Assembly (NCBI GenBank): GCA_027451365.1
Contig: DAIDJN010000080.1
Span: 1-61,906, forward strand
DNA: 61,906 bases
Direction of reading: 5' to 3'
Origin: Phycisphaerales bacterium
Lineage (GTDB): Bacteria; Planctomycetota; Phycisphaerae; WQYP01
Shown: positions 51,090 to 60,937 of the stretch, piece by piece
Position numbering within the stretch: position 1 is the stretch's first letter
Layout of the letters: each line of letters begins with the position of its first letter
Program-made: the position numbers and the translations under genes
Notes under the pieces: model-generated
Database searches by the model: none
Told to the model about the DNA's origin: nothing
Seen by the model: the letters and a program-made list of their open reading frames with translations, nothing else

Positions 51090-52064
51090 TTATGGCTTGG
51101 TCAGCGACGGGCGATAAAGCGCCGTATTGAAAGCCTTTTTGAAATCAGTCCAGTTGGAATTTTCCGTAGGCTCGGCCACGGCATCCACCGCCATCTGGGT
51201 TTTGGCATCCAGATTATCTATCAGATTTATCAGCACCGCTTCGGGCGTTTTCGGCTGAATAGCGGCACCGAATTCCGGCTCGCCATGGTGCGAAAGCACG
51301 ATATGCTCCAGCACCATCAGCAGGTCCGCGCGAATCGGTGCGCCACGCTGTTTGCCGATTTGCGCCGCATGCTGATGAATCCAGAGCGTACCGAGCACGA
51401 CATGCCCGACCAGCCGGCCCATGTCCGTGTAGTCAAAACCACAGTGATAGGAAAGTTCAGCCGTCTTGCCGATGTCATGCAGAAAAAGTCCCGCCAGAAC
51501 CAGATCACGGTCTATATCCGGGTAGCGCGGGCAGATCAATAGCGCCAATTCCAGCAGACTTAGCGTATGTTCCAGCAGGCCGCCAAGCCAGGCGTGATGC
51601 ATTTTCTGGGCGGCCGGTGAAAGCGCAAATTTTTTCATCAACTCGGTATCGTCCAGAAACGAGTTGACGACAAGCGCCAGGTCCGGGTCCTTGATCTGCA
51701 AAAGAATTTCCCGCACGCGGGCCTGCATGTCCGGGATGCTTTTCCGTGTCTGTTTGAGCAGTTGTGTCACATCAATCCGTGATGGATCTTCCACCCGATT
51801 AATCGTTTCGGCCACTAGCTGAAAATGTCCCTGATACGTTTCCACGCGCCCGCGGATGGTCACGTACCCCGGTGAAGGAATGCGGTCGTAGGTGTCGCGC
51901 GGGACACTCCACATGCGGCAATGAATCTGGCCGGTGGCGTCCGAAACGTCGGCCTTCAGAAACGGCTTATTGGTGCTGGTGGTGCCAAGCTGCTTACCGG
52001 AAATAATAAACGTCTGATCCAGAGAATCTCCATCGCGGAGCTGGTTAATTGCAATTCTACCCAT
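51090..52064 (-). CDS. yhaM: YhaM/Cbf1-like OB-fold + HD 3'-5' exoribonuclease
   Basis: N-terminal OB fold (DATGQI, RGRVETY), PAA..HHAWLGGLLEHT, LHDIGK, LSHHG, IDNLDAK. Confidence 0.88.
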   Translation of the reverse strand: MGRIAINQLRDGDSLDQTFIISGKQLGTTSTNKPFLKADVSDATGQIHCRMWSVPRDTYDRIPSPGYVTIRGRVETYQGHFQLVAETINRVEDPSRIDVTQLLKQTRKSIPDMQARVREILLQIKDPDLALVVNSFLDDTELMKKFALSPAAQKMHHAWLGGLLEHTLSLLELALLICPRYPDIDRDLVLAGLFLHDIGKTAELSYHCGFDYTDMGRLVGHVVLGTLWIHQHAAQIGKQRGAPIRADLLMVLEHIVLSHHGEPEFGAAIQPKTPEAVLINLIDNLDAKTQMAVDAVAEPTENSNWTDFKKAFNTALYRPSLTKP

Positions 52065-52165
52065 GACTGAAAACACTCCTGTTATGCCCCGGCGAAAATG
52101 CCGCCCAGGCTGATAATCCGCCCGGATGCCGCCACCGGCTGGCACCGGTATAACCGAAAACGGCC

Positions 52166-53812
52166 TTAACGGGCCAGTTCCACTGCCCGGACCTCGCGCA
52201 AAACGGTCACTTTTATTTCGCCCGGGAAGGTCAATTCCGACTGGATTCGATTGGCTATTTCACGGGCGATAAGCCGCGCTGTGGCGTCATCGCACTTTTC
52301 CGGGTCTACAATCACCCGAACTTCGCGGCCCGCCTGAATGGCAAATGCCTGGCGCACGGACGCAAAGCTGGTGCAGATAGCCTCAAGTTCCTGCAGACGT
52401 TTGATGTACCGCTCCAGTGATTCCCGCCGCGCGCCGGGCCGCGCACCACTGATCGCGTCGGCCGCCATGATAATCGCCGTGTAAGGAGTCGTGGCTGGAA
52501 TATCATTATGATGCCCGCCAATCGCATTAAGCACCGCTTCGGGTTCATTGAATTTGCGGCAGAATTCCATGCCCAATGCCGGATGCCCGCCTTCCTGGTC
52601 ATGATCCATCGCCTTGCCGATGTCATGCAGCAGACCCGCGCGGCGGGCAAGTGTGCCATCCAGTTTCAGTTCCTCGGCTATCATCTGGGATATATATGCC
52701 GTTTCCATTGAATGACGCAACACATTCTGGCCATAACTGGTGCGGTAATGCAGCCGGCCCAGCATTTCCACAATTCTGGGGTGCAGGCTGTTGATATTCG
52801 CCTCCAGCACCGCCTTTTTGCCCGCATTGCGGATGGAATTTTCCATTTCCTTGCGCGTGGCATCCACAATTTCCTCTATCCGGGCCGGATGAATGCGGCC
52901 ATCGGCAATAAGTTTTTCCAGCGTCAGCCGCGCCACTTCGCGGCGAATCGGATCAAAGCAATTCACCGTAATAACGCCCGGCGTATCATCAATAATGACA
53001 TCCACGCCTGTGGCCTGTTCAAAGGCGCGGATATTCCGGCCCTCGCGGCCGATGATGCGGCCCTTCATGTCGTCACTGGGAATGGTCACTGATTTTGTTG
53101 TGCCTTCGCTGGTGACATCGGCGGCATATCGCTGCATTGCCTGAAGCATAATGTTGGTCGCTTTTACGCGGGCCTCATCGCGGGCCTGGTCTTCCAGCCG
53201 TTCGACCATCAGGGCCATATCATGGCGAACTTCACCTTCCACGCGCTTCAGCAGCAACTGCCGGGCGTCCTCCATTGATAAATTCGTCAGACGAAGCAGT
53301 ACCTCTTTTTCCTGCGCCAGCGTCTGTTCAAGCTGTTGTTCCTTGGCTTGCAGATTGCGCGTTCGATCAGTAAGCGATTTTTCCAGCGATTCCAGGTTTT
53401 TGTCTTTGGTCGTCAGCGTATCAAGCTTACGGTCCAGCATATCCTCGCGTTTTAACAGGCGCTGTTCCACGTTGCGCATTTCGGCTCGCAGCGTTTCAAT
53501 TTCACGCTCGGCCTGCTCGCGGATTTTCAGCGATTCAGCCCGCGCTGTAAGTTCGGTCGATTTCAAAAGATCTGCGGCTTTTTCGCGGGCGTCAGTCAGC
53601 ACCTTCTGGGATTCGGCGTTATTTTTAGCCAAGGCCGCTCGTCCGCTGGCGCGCGCGGCAACGAGTGCCACAATCAACCCGACCACCAGCCCCCCCGCCG
53701 CTCCTGCTCCCAGCCACAGCGGATCAAACGCAACGGCCACCACGCCCGAGCCGCCCAAAATCCGCCAAGCATGACCAACGCCCGCCATCGCGAGCGTCAA
53801 TTGAAGAGACAT
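52166..53812 (-). CDS. rny: ribonuclease Y
   Basis: N-terminal TM + coiled coil; KH domain MKGRIIGREGRNIR; RTSYGQN; LLHDIGK; SGARPGAR; AIQAGREVRV. Confidence 0.98.
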   Translation of the reverse strand: MSLQLTLAMAGVGHAWRILGGSGVVAVAFDPLWLGAGAAGGLVVGLIVALVAARASGRAALAKNNAESQKVLTDAREKAADLLKSTELTARAESLKIREQAEREIETLRAEMRNVEQRLLKREDMLDRKLDTLTTKDKNLESLEKSLTDRTRNLQAKEQQLEQTLAQEKEVLLRLTNLSMEDARQLLLKRVEGEVRHDMALMVERLEDQARDEARVKATNIMLQAMQRYAADVTSEGTTKSVTIPSDDMKGRIIGREGRNIRAFEQATGVDVIIDDTPGVITVNCFDPIRREVARLTLEKLIADGRIHPARIEEIVDATRKEMENSIRNAGKKAVLEANINSLHPRIVEMLGRLHYRTSYGQNVLRHSMETAYISQMIAEELKLDGTLARRAGLLHDIGKAMDHDQEGGHPALGMEFCRKFNEPEAVLNAIGGHHNDIPATTPYTAIIMAADAISGARPGARRESLERYIKRLQELEAICTSFASVRQAFAIQAGREVRVIVDPEKCDDATARLIAREIANRIQSELTFPGEIKVTVLREVRAVELAR

Positions 53813-53869
53813 AAGACCCCCGGTTTCAGATTTTCCGCCTCGATTTGCACCCCATGTTATTGCCAAACC

Positions 53870-54300
53870 GACCGCTGAAATTCAAAACGATTCATTATCT
53901 TCCACGGCACATTGCCAATGGAAAGTTGACAGGCTACATGAACGCCCCGGATTTCTCCGGAAGGCCAGCAAGCCGCGCCAATGACCGCACGCATCTGTTG
54001 ACGGATGAATGAAGGGCCGACATATGGCCGGTGTGATGGGCAAAATCAGCCGCGAAACCTTCAGGCTCAATTGGCCCGGGACGCGGCGATTCCGCTGGAC
54101 CAGACGCCTGACAGGCCGTCCAGGGAAGACGGTCGCAACCCGCCTGGAATGCCATACCGCCGAGAGCAATGTCCCGTCCGCATGTGCCATTTCCGGTCCG
54201 ACCATTCGCCAATGGCCCTGGAAATAGCGACCTTGTGTGCCCTTTTTTGAATCACTGAATCACCATTCGTCAATCTATATCACTCTGCCATCAGAGCGTG
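53870..54300 (-). other. structured non-coding region (rny 5' leader domain)
   Basis: No credible ORF; nested long-range helices and local hairpins (see findings). Confidence 0.5.
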
Positions 54301-54314
54301 CCCGGACCAAACCC

Positions 54315-54514
54315 GAAACCAGATGGATTCCAGTCCGACATAAAGCGGCGTGCCATAGCGAAGGCGTTTCGCATCAGGGTTCCAAACAGGCGAACCATGA
54401 CCACCCAAGCCAGCTCAAGGCGAGCCTCGCAAGCCGAGTCAACTCAATGAGTTGCAGTCAGATCGCCAAAGACTGCTTTCCAGCGCAAGAGCCGGAAACA
54501 ACCTTTGACTTCTT
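54315..54514 (-). ncRNA. candidate structured RNA, possibly 6S RNA
   Basis: Starts at a strong promoter; ~200 nt; ends can pair (GAAGUCA/UGGUUUC, UUCCGG/CUGGAA, AAAGC/GCUUU); position upstream of rny is typical of ssrS; family not confirmed. Confidence 0.4.
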
Positions 54515-54520
54515 TTTATA

Positions 54521-54549
54521 ATGTTAACAATGGAACGAAAACGGGTCAA
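54521..54549 (-). promoter_or_regulatory. sigma70-type promoter ~700 nt upstream of rny
   Basis: TTGACC-17 nt-TAACAT with TGn extension. Confidence 0.75.
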
Positions 54550-54800
54550 CTTTTCAGTTTAACCAGCCAATCGCGGGCATCCGCCCGCATTTTGTCGCCA
54601 ATCGGTCCGTGCCGACATTCCGCCCGTGGCCCGTCTCCGGTGTTGTATCCAATGCCCGCCGAAAAACCGGCACTTACCTCGCCCCGGCGGATTGCGTATG
54701 CACCGCGCTAGAAAGGATAATAAGCAACAGGAACAATGGGCGGCATAAACAGTTCAGGCGGGACACCTGCCCCCAAGCTGACGCAATGGCAGACGGCACG

Positions 54801-55003
54801 CCTGGGACTGACGACCAGGCGGGCAAGATGCCCGCCCCCCAACGAGGGCCGACACCTGGGGCACGCGACGAAGCGGGCAAAATGCCGGCCCCCCAACGAG
54901 GGCCGACACCTGGGGCACGCGACCAGGCGGGCAGGATGCCGGCACCCCACCTGGGCAGCGCCTGGGGCACGCGACCGGGCGGGCAGGATGCCGGCACCCC
55001 AAC
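54801..55003. repeat. tandem array of four 52-54 bp units, each with a REP-like palindrome
   Basis: cctggg starts at 54801, 54855, 54909 and 54961; core GCGGGCA(A/G)(G/A)ATGCC(C/G)GC followed by a C-run. Confidence 0.9.
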
Positions 55004-55161
55004 GTGAAAACACAATCCATCATCCTGCCTGTCCGCAAGCCGCATACAATCCCGCAGCCCACCGGACAAGTTGAAAGATAGATTCCCCCCCTCAAGTGCT
55101 AATAATAAATTGAGATATTTATATATGCAATAGATACCAACCGGCCGGCCGATCAGATTCG

Positions 55162-56211
55162 TCACATTCCTCGCCGTTGCATGCGTTTGGCCAGATACAT
55201 CGTCAGTGCATGGTCAAACGGCTCTGCCGTGTTTAACAGCACGTGGCTGATGCGCATCGATCCTGCCGCTGCGCGAATCGCCGATAGATGGGCGGATACC
55301 GCATCCAGATATTGGCGGCGAACCAGGATCGGGTCCAGCCGCAGACGATGATCGGCTGATTCAAGATTTCTAAAAAGCGTCCATTTGCGGAATGGAAAAG
55401 ACAGCTCATCCGGTGCCATCACATGCAGAAGTATAACTTCGTGCCGCCGATGCCGGAAATGATGAAATGCCTTGATTAAATCATCCGTTTTTTCAAAAAG
55501 ATCGCTGATCAGAATCACCATGCCGCGATGGCCGAGTTCCTCGGCAATGTTGTGCAGCAGCGGAGCTAAGGCGGATTCGCGTGTGCAGACGGTCGATTCA
55601 AGGGCCTGAACCAGATTGATCAGATGCGACGGTGTGGACCGCGGCGGAATGAAGGTACGCACTTTGTTGTCGACGGTGACCAAACCAACTGAATCCTGCT
55701 GATGCAACACCAGATAACAAAGTGCCGCGGCCACGAACTGGGCATAACGAAACTTGTTCAGCGGGTCATTTGTGCCGCCGTAACGCATGGACGCACTGCA
55801 ATCCAGCACAATATGTGCCCGCAAATTTGTGGTAACTTCGTACTGTTTAATGTAATAGCGATCAGCCTTGGCGTACAGCCGCCAGTCAATGCGTTTAATA
55901 TCGTCGCCGGGAACATACTGTCGATGCTGGGCGAAATCGACGGCGAATCCCAGATGCTGCGAACGGTGCAGCCCCTGCACGTAGCCATCCATCACCTGAT
56001 GCGCCAGCAGGTCCAGTTTGCTGATTTTGGCTAGCGCCGCGGGTGCCAGAAGTTCCAGCGAGACCGGCGCGGCCGCGGCCGCAGGCCGGGAAGCCGGGGG
56101 GGGCTGTTGAGATAATTCAGGCGGCGGCAAAAAATCTCCCGAAAACAGGTGTTGCGTGAAAAATAAGCCCTGGTTTCCCAACGCGGCGGACCATTCGACC
56201 AAATGGGCCAC
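55162..56211 (-). CDS. DUF58 family protein (MoxR-associated, vWA-like)
   Basis: GLHRS..G..DFAQHRQYVPGDDIKRIDWR, LDCSASM, ILISDL. Confidence 0.93.
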   Translation of the reverse strand: MAHLVEWSAALGNQGLFFTQHLFSGDFLPPPELSQQPPPASRPAAAAAPVSLELLAPAALAKISKLDLLAHQVMDGYVQGLHRSQHLGFAVDFAQHRQYVPGDDIKRIDWRLYAKADRYYIKQYEVTTNLRAHIVLDCSASMRYGGTNDPLNKFRYAQFVAAALCYLVLHQQDSVGLVTVDNKVRTFIPPRSTPSHLINLVQALESTVCTRESALAPLLHNIAEELGHRGMVILISDLFEKTDDLIKAFHHFRHRRHEVILLHVMAPDELSFPFRKWTLFRNLESADHRLRLDPILVRRQYLDAVSAHLSAIRAAAGSMRISHVLLNTAEPFDHALTMYLAKRMQRRGM

Positions 56212-56226
56212 CTAGCCAGCCGCCGG

Positions 56227-57492
56227 TCAGGCGGCAGTCGCGTTGCGCAGGACCTCTTTAATAAGGCGGTCAATAATGCTGTCGCTGGTCATGCCATTGG
56301 CTTCCGCGTTAAATGTTGTCAGAATCCGATGTCGCAGAACCGGATGGGCCACCTGCACGATGTCATCCGTGGTGACATGCATGCGGCCGTGCAGAATTGC
56401 CCGGGCCTTGCCGGCAAGAATCAGATAAATGCTGGCGCGCGGCCCGGCACCCCATTGCACCAGATCGGCCAGCCAGGCGGGAGCATCTTTCTCCTTCGGG
56501 CGGGTGGACCTTACAAGGTCCCTTGCAAAAATATACACGTGGTCGGCCACGGGCACGCGGCGGACAATTTGCTGAAGTTCCATAATCATAGGCCCGTCCA
56601 GCAGACGGGAAAGTGCGGCGCGCACCGGCGCGGTGGCCTGCTTCATGATCAGAATTTCCTGTGCCGGATCGGGATATTTCACCAGTGTCATGAACATGAA
56701 CCGGTCCAACTGGGCTTCCGGCAGCGGGTAGGTGCCTTCCTGCTCGATTGGATTTTGCGTGGCCAGAACAAAAAAAGGTTCCGGCAGGGTGTACGTGTTA
56801 TCGCCGGTAGTGACTCGATGTTCCTGCATGGCTTCCAGCAGGGCTGCCTGGGTTTTGGGAGGCGTGCGGTTGATTTCATCCGCCAGCACAATATTGGCAA
56901 AAAGCGGTCCACGCACGAAGCGGAATTGGCGGCGGCCAGTGGCACGGTCTTCTTCCAGCACGTCGGTTCCGGTTATGTCTGATGGCATAAGGTCCGGCGT
57001 GAACTGAACTCGCTTGAATTCCAGTTCGAGCACATCGCTGATGGTTTTAACCAGCAGCGTCTTGGCCAGACCGGGCACACCCACCAGCAGGACGTGCCCC
57101 TGGCAGAACATGGCTGTCAGCACCTGTTCGATGACTTCCTGTTGACCCACTATCACTTTGGCCAGTTGTTCGCAGGTCATGCGGTAGGCCATAGCGAACT
57201 GCTCGACGGCTTCCACATCCGTGGTGCTGACACGCGATACTCCGGATGCGGACGATAAAGCAACTCCGCGCGAGGCCACGGGCATCGGCACAGCGGGATT
57301 TTGTGCGGGTTCATGATTCGGTGAAACAGCCGGGGCGGGCGCGGCTGGCGGGTCATCGGCCAGGGGAATAAGGCCGTCAGGCGAAATTGCAGCCGCCGCT
57401 GGCGCCGTTGCCGGCGCAGGTGCGGGTGCAGATGCGGGAACTGGCGGAATTATTTTGTCGGGGTCGGAAAAGCTCCCGATGAAATTCGACAT
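56227..57492 (-). CDS. MoxR family AAA+ ATPase
   Basis: GVPGLAKT, RVQFTPDLMPSD, LADEINR, ATQNPIEQEGTYPLPEAQLDRF; Pro/Ala-rich N-terminal extension. Confidence 0.96.
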   Translation of the reverse strand: MSNFIGSFSDPDKIIPPVPASAPAPAPATAPAAAAISPDGLIPLADDPPAAPAPAVSPNHEPAQNPAVPMPVASRGVALSSASGVSRVSTTDVEAVEQFAMAYRMTCEQLAKVIVGQQEVIEQVLTAMFCQGHVLLVGVPGLAKTLLVKTISDVLELEFKRVQFTPDLMPSDITGTDVLEEDRATGRRQFRFVRGPLFANIVLADEINRTPPKTQAALLEAMQEHRVTTGDNTYTLPEPFFVLATQNPIEQEGTYPLPEAQLDRFMFMTLVKYPDPAQEILIMKQATAPVRAALSRLLDGPMIMELQQIVRRVPVADHVYIFARDLVRSTRPKEKDAPAWLADLVQWGAGPRASIYLILAGKARAILHGRMHVTTDDIVQVAHPVLRHRILTTFNAEANGMTSDSIIDRLIKEVLRNATAA

Positions 57493-57815
57493 GCGATGAA
57501 CTCCATTTAACTGGCCAGGTCGGGACCGGCCATACAACAGATTTCTGCAAAAAGCGGCAATCCGGGGCGCAACTTTCAGTCAGACTCTGATTAAATACAA
57601 TACCATTGAACCGGATTTATTGCCTGCCGAGGCTGAAAATCTGCATCGGAAAAGCGGAAAACCAGCGCAAACCGAACAATTTTCCGCAAAAATGACCGAC
57701 CAGCCCAAGAATTGGCTGACGACTCGCCGGGGCGGCAAGTCTGGTGGGCTTGAAGCGCAGGCTGGTCGCGTTTAGAGTAAACAATCGGTTTAGGATTTGA
57801 TCGCAAGGCGTTTTC

Positions 57816-58289
57816 ATGCGTTTGACTGATATTCTTCGGCCCCAAGATGTGCTTGCCCCCATGCAGGCCACGGAAAAAAAAGCGGCCATCAAAGAACTCG
57901 TCGGGCTGCTGGCAAAATCTCCGGATGTCAAAGATCCGGAATTATTGCTGGCCAGCGTACTGGAACGTGAAGCCACGCGAACCACAGGTGTAGGCCATGG
58001 CTTGGCTATTCCGCACAGCAAATGCCAAGGCGTGAAAAAGCTGATGGTAGCCATTGGAAAGGTGAATCCCCCCATCAATTTTAATTCTATTGATGACCAG
58101 CCCGTCTCCATTATTGTGCTGTTGGTCAGCCCGCCGGAACAGACTGCGGCCCACATTCAATGTCTGGCCAGTATCAGTCGGCTTATGACAATCGAAAGCT
58201 TTCGCAATACTCTGCAAAAATGCCAGACCGGGGCGGAGATTTATGCCGCCATTGCCGACCGGGAAAAGGCACCGGAAGCAGCGGCCTGA
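57816..58289 (+). CDS. ptsN: PTS IIA (Ntr/fructose-type) domain protein
   Basis: EREATRTTGVGHGLAIPH, FNSIDDQPV, HIQCLASISR. Confidence 0.88.
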   Translation: MRLTDILRPQDVLAPMQATEKKAAIKELVGLLAKSPDVKDPELLLASVLEREATRTTGVGHGLAIPHSKCQGVKKLMVAIGKVNPPINFNSIDDQPVSIIVLLVSPPEQTAAHIQCLASISRLMTIESFRNTLQKCQTGAEIYAAIADREKAPEAAA

Positions 58290-58604
58290 ATTAACCAAGC
58301 GCCTCTCCTGAACCCGGAATGCAACGCGAATTGACCGCGATTAAACCGCCTTTAATTCACCCGAGCTTCGCCATCGCGGATCCGGCATGTTCTTAAAAAC
58401 GGTGGACACATCAGGCCAGTCGCCCCCCTTTTTCCGCCTCCATTTAACCGGCCATGAATCCCGCCCCGCTATTATGCCCGATTGTCCGGGACTCAATATA
58501 AAAGCTGGCCGTGGCGAAAACCGGACGCTATCGTGTAAACTAAAAATCGCAAGGCGAATTGTGCGGAATGCAATTTGCCGCTGATTTTTTTCCGGAACCG
58601 AATC

Positions 58605-59468
58605 ATGCGCGAATATCTTGACCTTATCAAACTGGTTATGGACAACGGCGTGCGTAAACCAAGCCGCACCGGAGTGGACACGATATCCTGGTTCGGCGCG
58701 TTTTACCGGGTGAATCTGGCGGACGGCTTTCCGCTGCTGACCACCAAGAAGGTGAATTATCCGGCGGTGCTCCGCGAATTGCTCTGGTATCTTTCCGGCG
58801 AGGAACATATCCGCAATCTGCGGGCGCACACGAAAATATGGGACGCCTGGGCGGATGAACGCGGTGAACTGGAAACCGCCTATGGTCGTTACTGGCGACG
58901 TTTTCCGCACCCCGTTCAGAAAAGCCATGCGCCGGTGCGCCAAACCGGCCTGACGACGGCCGAAGTGCAGGAAATTGATCAGATCCGATATGTGATAGAC
59001 GAAATCAAACGGAACCCCAACAGTCGCCGTCTGGTGGTCAGCGCCTGGGAACCAGGTAACGCGGAAACCAGTCGTCTGCCCCCCTGTCATTACAGTTTTG
59101 TGTTTCAGGTGCTGGATGGGTGCCTGAATTGTCATTTGTCGCAGCGGTCGGGCGACATTGCGCTGGGCATACCGTTTAATCTGGCCTGTTACGCGACCCT
59201 GACCCAGATGATCGCGCAAGAATGCGGATTAAAGCTCGGATATTTTGGCCACACAATTGTAGATGCGCATATATATACGGCTGAACCCGGTTCGCCTATG
59301 GCCGCATACGATCATCTGGCCGGCTTGCGTGAACAATTGACGCGCCAGCCGCGACCGCTGCCAAAACTGCACATCGCCCGCAAGCCGTTTGACGAATTAA
59401 AATTTGAGGATTTCACATTGGAAGGCTACAACCCGCATCCGCCGATCAGCTTTAAGGTCGCGGTATAA
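58605..59468 (+). CDS. thyA: thymidylate synthase
   Basis: RTGVDT, FPLLTTKK, ELLWYL, LPPCH, QRSGD..LGIPFN, DAHIY. Confidence 0.98.
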   Translation: MREYLDLIKLVMDNGVRKPSRTGVDTISWFGAFYRVNLADGFPLLTTKKVNYPAVLRELLWYLSGEEHIRNLRAHTKIWDAWADERGELETAYGRYWRRFPHPVQKSHAPVRQTGLTTAEVQEIDQIRYVIDEIKRNPNSRRLVVSAWEPGNAETSRLPPCHYSFVFQVLDGCLNCHLSQRSGDIALGIPFNLACYATLTQMIAQECGLKLGYFGHTIVDAHIYTAEPGSPMAAYDHLAGLREQLTRQPRPLPKLHIARKPFDELKFEDFTLEGYNPHPPISFKVAV

Positions 59469-59516
59469 GATCGCCGCTGAGCGGTCCTGATCTGATTTTC
59501 CAGAAAGGATTCTGTT

Positions 59517-60041
59517 TTGCGCATCAGCCTGATAGCCGCCATGACACCGGCCCGCCTGATAGGCGCACACGGCGCACTGCCATGGCACAAGCCCGAGGAC
59601 TTGCGCCATTTCCGTGAATTGACCACCGGTCACACCGTGTTAATGGGGCGAAAAACGTATGACTCTGTCGGTCGTCCGCTGCCCAATCGCCGCAATCTGG
59701 TTTTAACACGCAAAGGTTTGGCCGCCCCGCCGGCAGGAATAGAAACTGTCGCGACACTCAAAGAGGCGATTGAGATGGCTGTTGGCGCCGGCGAATCTGA
59801 ACTGTTCGTGGTTGGCGGCGCGGAAATATATCGCCTGGCTCTCCCTGTTTCGGATACCATGTATCTGACGTTCGTGCACCTGCCGCAGGAACCGGCCGGT
59901 GATACCTGGTTTCCCGAATGGAAGCCGGAGGAATGGAGAATTGTAGAGACACGGCACTCATCAGACTTGGACTTTGTGAGACTCGACCGCCTTGCCGCCG
60001 GTGCGATGTCACACATTCATTCGAAAGGGCCATCACCATGA
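59517..60041 (+). CDS. folA: dihydrofolate reductase
   Basis: LPWHKPEDL, MGRKTY, RPLPNRRNLV, VGGAEIY, GDTWFP; TTG start. Confidence 0.96.
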   Translation: MRISLIAAMTPARLIGAHGALPWHKPEDLRHFRELTTGHTVLMGRKTYDSVGRPLPNRRNLVLTRKGLAAPPAGIETVATLKEAIEMAVGAGESELFVVGGAEIYRLALPVSDTMYLTFVHLPQEPAGDTWFPEWKPEEWRIVETRHSSDLDFVRLDRLAAGAMSHIHSKGPSP

Positions 60042-60265
60042 ACTGGAAATTGACAACTGGAATTGCGCTGATCGTATTGGGTGCCGCGGCCCTGGTGTTC
60101 AAGGGTATCACCTGGCAAAGCCGCAAACCGATTATTCGCGTCGGCACCGTTCACATGGATGTGACGGTGCATCACCATCTTATGGCCGAACCACTGGCTG
60201 CCGCCGCGGCAATCGCCGGGGGCGTGGTTCTTGTGGTATGGAGCCGGCGGTCCGCAAAACCTTAA
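60038..60265 (+). CDS. small two-TM membrane protein
   Basis: MNWKLTTGIALIVLG...AGGVVLVVW; ATGA overlap with the folA stop. Confidence 0.7.
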   Translation: MNWKLTTGIALIVLGAAALVFKGITWQSRKPIIRVGTVHMDVTVHHHLMAEPLAAAAAIAGGVVLVVWSRRSAKP

Positions 60266-60439
60266 CGACAATTCTTCAATCGGTTCGGCGCCGTAACCGA
60301 CAACGCGCAGGACCGTGTGCGAAGCTCGCGGCGGATCACCGGCCGTGGACACCGGACCGAAAATAAGATTCTGTCCGGCAGAATTCCAATTCAACCGCCG
60401 GACTGGATATAATACAGACAAAGGAAAGGAGGCTGTCCT

Positions 60440-60937
60440 ATGGTAAGTGTAAAAACCATGAGCCACTTCCCCCGGAAAGAAATCGAAGACTATGCACGCG
60501 GAGGATTGGCCCTGGATGCGGCCATTCAAGGATTGTCCGATGCCGACATGGATACGATTCCCATACCGGGTACCTGGAGCATCCGTCAAATTGTTCTTCA
60601 TTTAATGGATAGTGATCTGATTGCCTCCGACCGCATGAAACGTGTCATTGCGGAGGAAAATCCGATGCTGGTAGGATTTGATGAAAGCGCGTTTGCGGCC
60701 CGCCTGTTCTATACGGAACTAGACGCCGCCACAGCAGTCGATATTTTTCAAAAGAACCGGATTCTGACGGCGGAAATTCTGCGGCGTCTGCCCGTGGAAG
60801 CCTTCGCTCGATTCGGAACCCACAGTCAGCGCGGACGCATTACGCTCGGCGAACTGCTGACCATTTATGTGCGGCATTTGGATCATCATTTGAAGTTTCT
60901 AAAACATAAACGCCAGTTGATTGGAAAACCATTATGA
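60440..60937 (+). CDS. DinB/YfiT-like family protein
   Basis: PGTWSIRQIVLHL, GTHSQRG, HLDHH; AGGAGG RBS and upstream TATAAT. Confidence 0.9.
   Translation: MVSVKTMSHFPRKEIEDYARGGLALDAAIQGLSDADMDTIPIPGTWSIRQIVLHLMDSDLIASDRMKRVIAEENPMLVGFDESAFAARLFYTELDAATAVDIFQKNRILTAEILRRLPVEAFARFGTHSQRGRITLGELLTIYVRHLDHHLKFLKHKRQLIGKPL

Noticed and set aside
53882..54521. Short ORFs upstream of rny (e.g. a zapA candidate)
   Set aside because: No resemblance to ZapA or any other family, no RBS, and mutually overlapping in both directions
54801..55003. Possible CRISPR array
   Set aside because: The whole unit repeats, so there are no unique spacers, and no cas genes are in the window
54609..55165. Repeat-containing ORFs (AGKMPAPQ / WGAGILPA)
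   Set aside because: Typical spurious translations of REP-like palindromes
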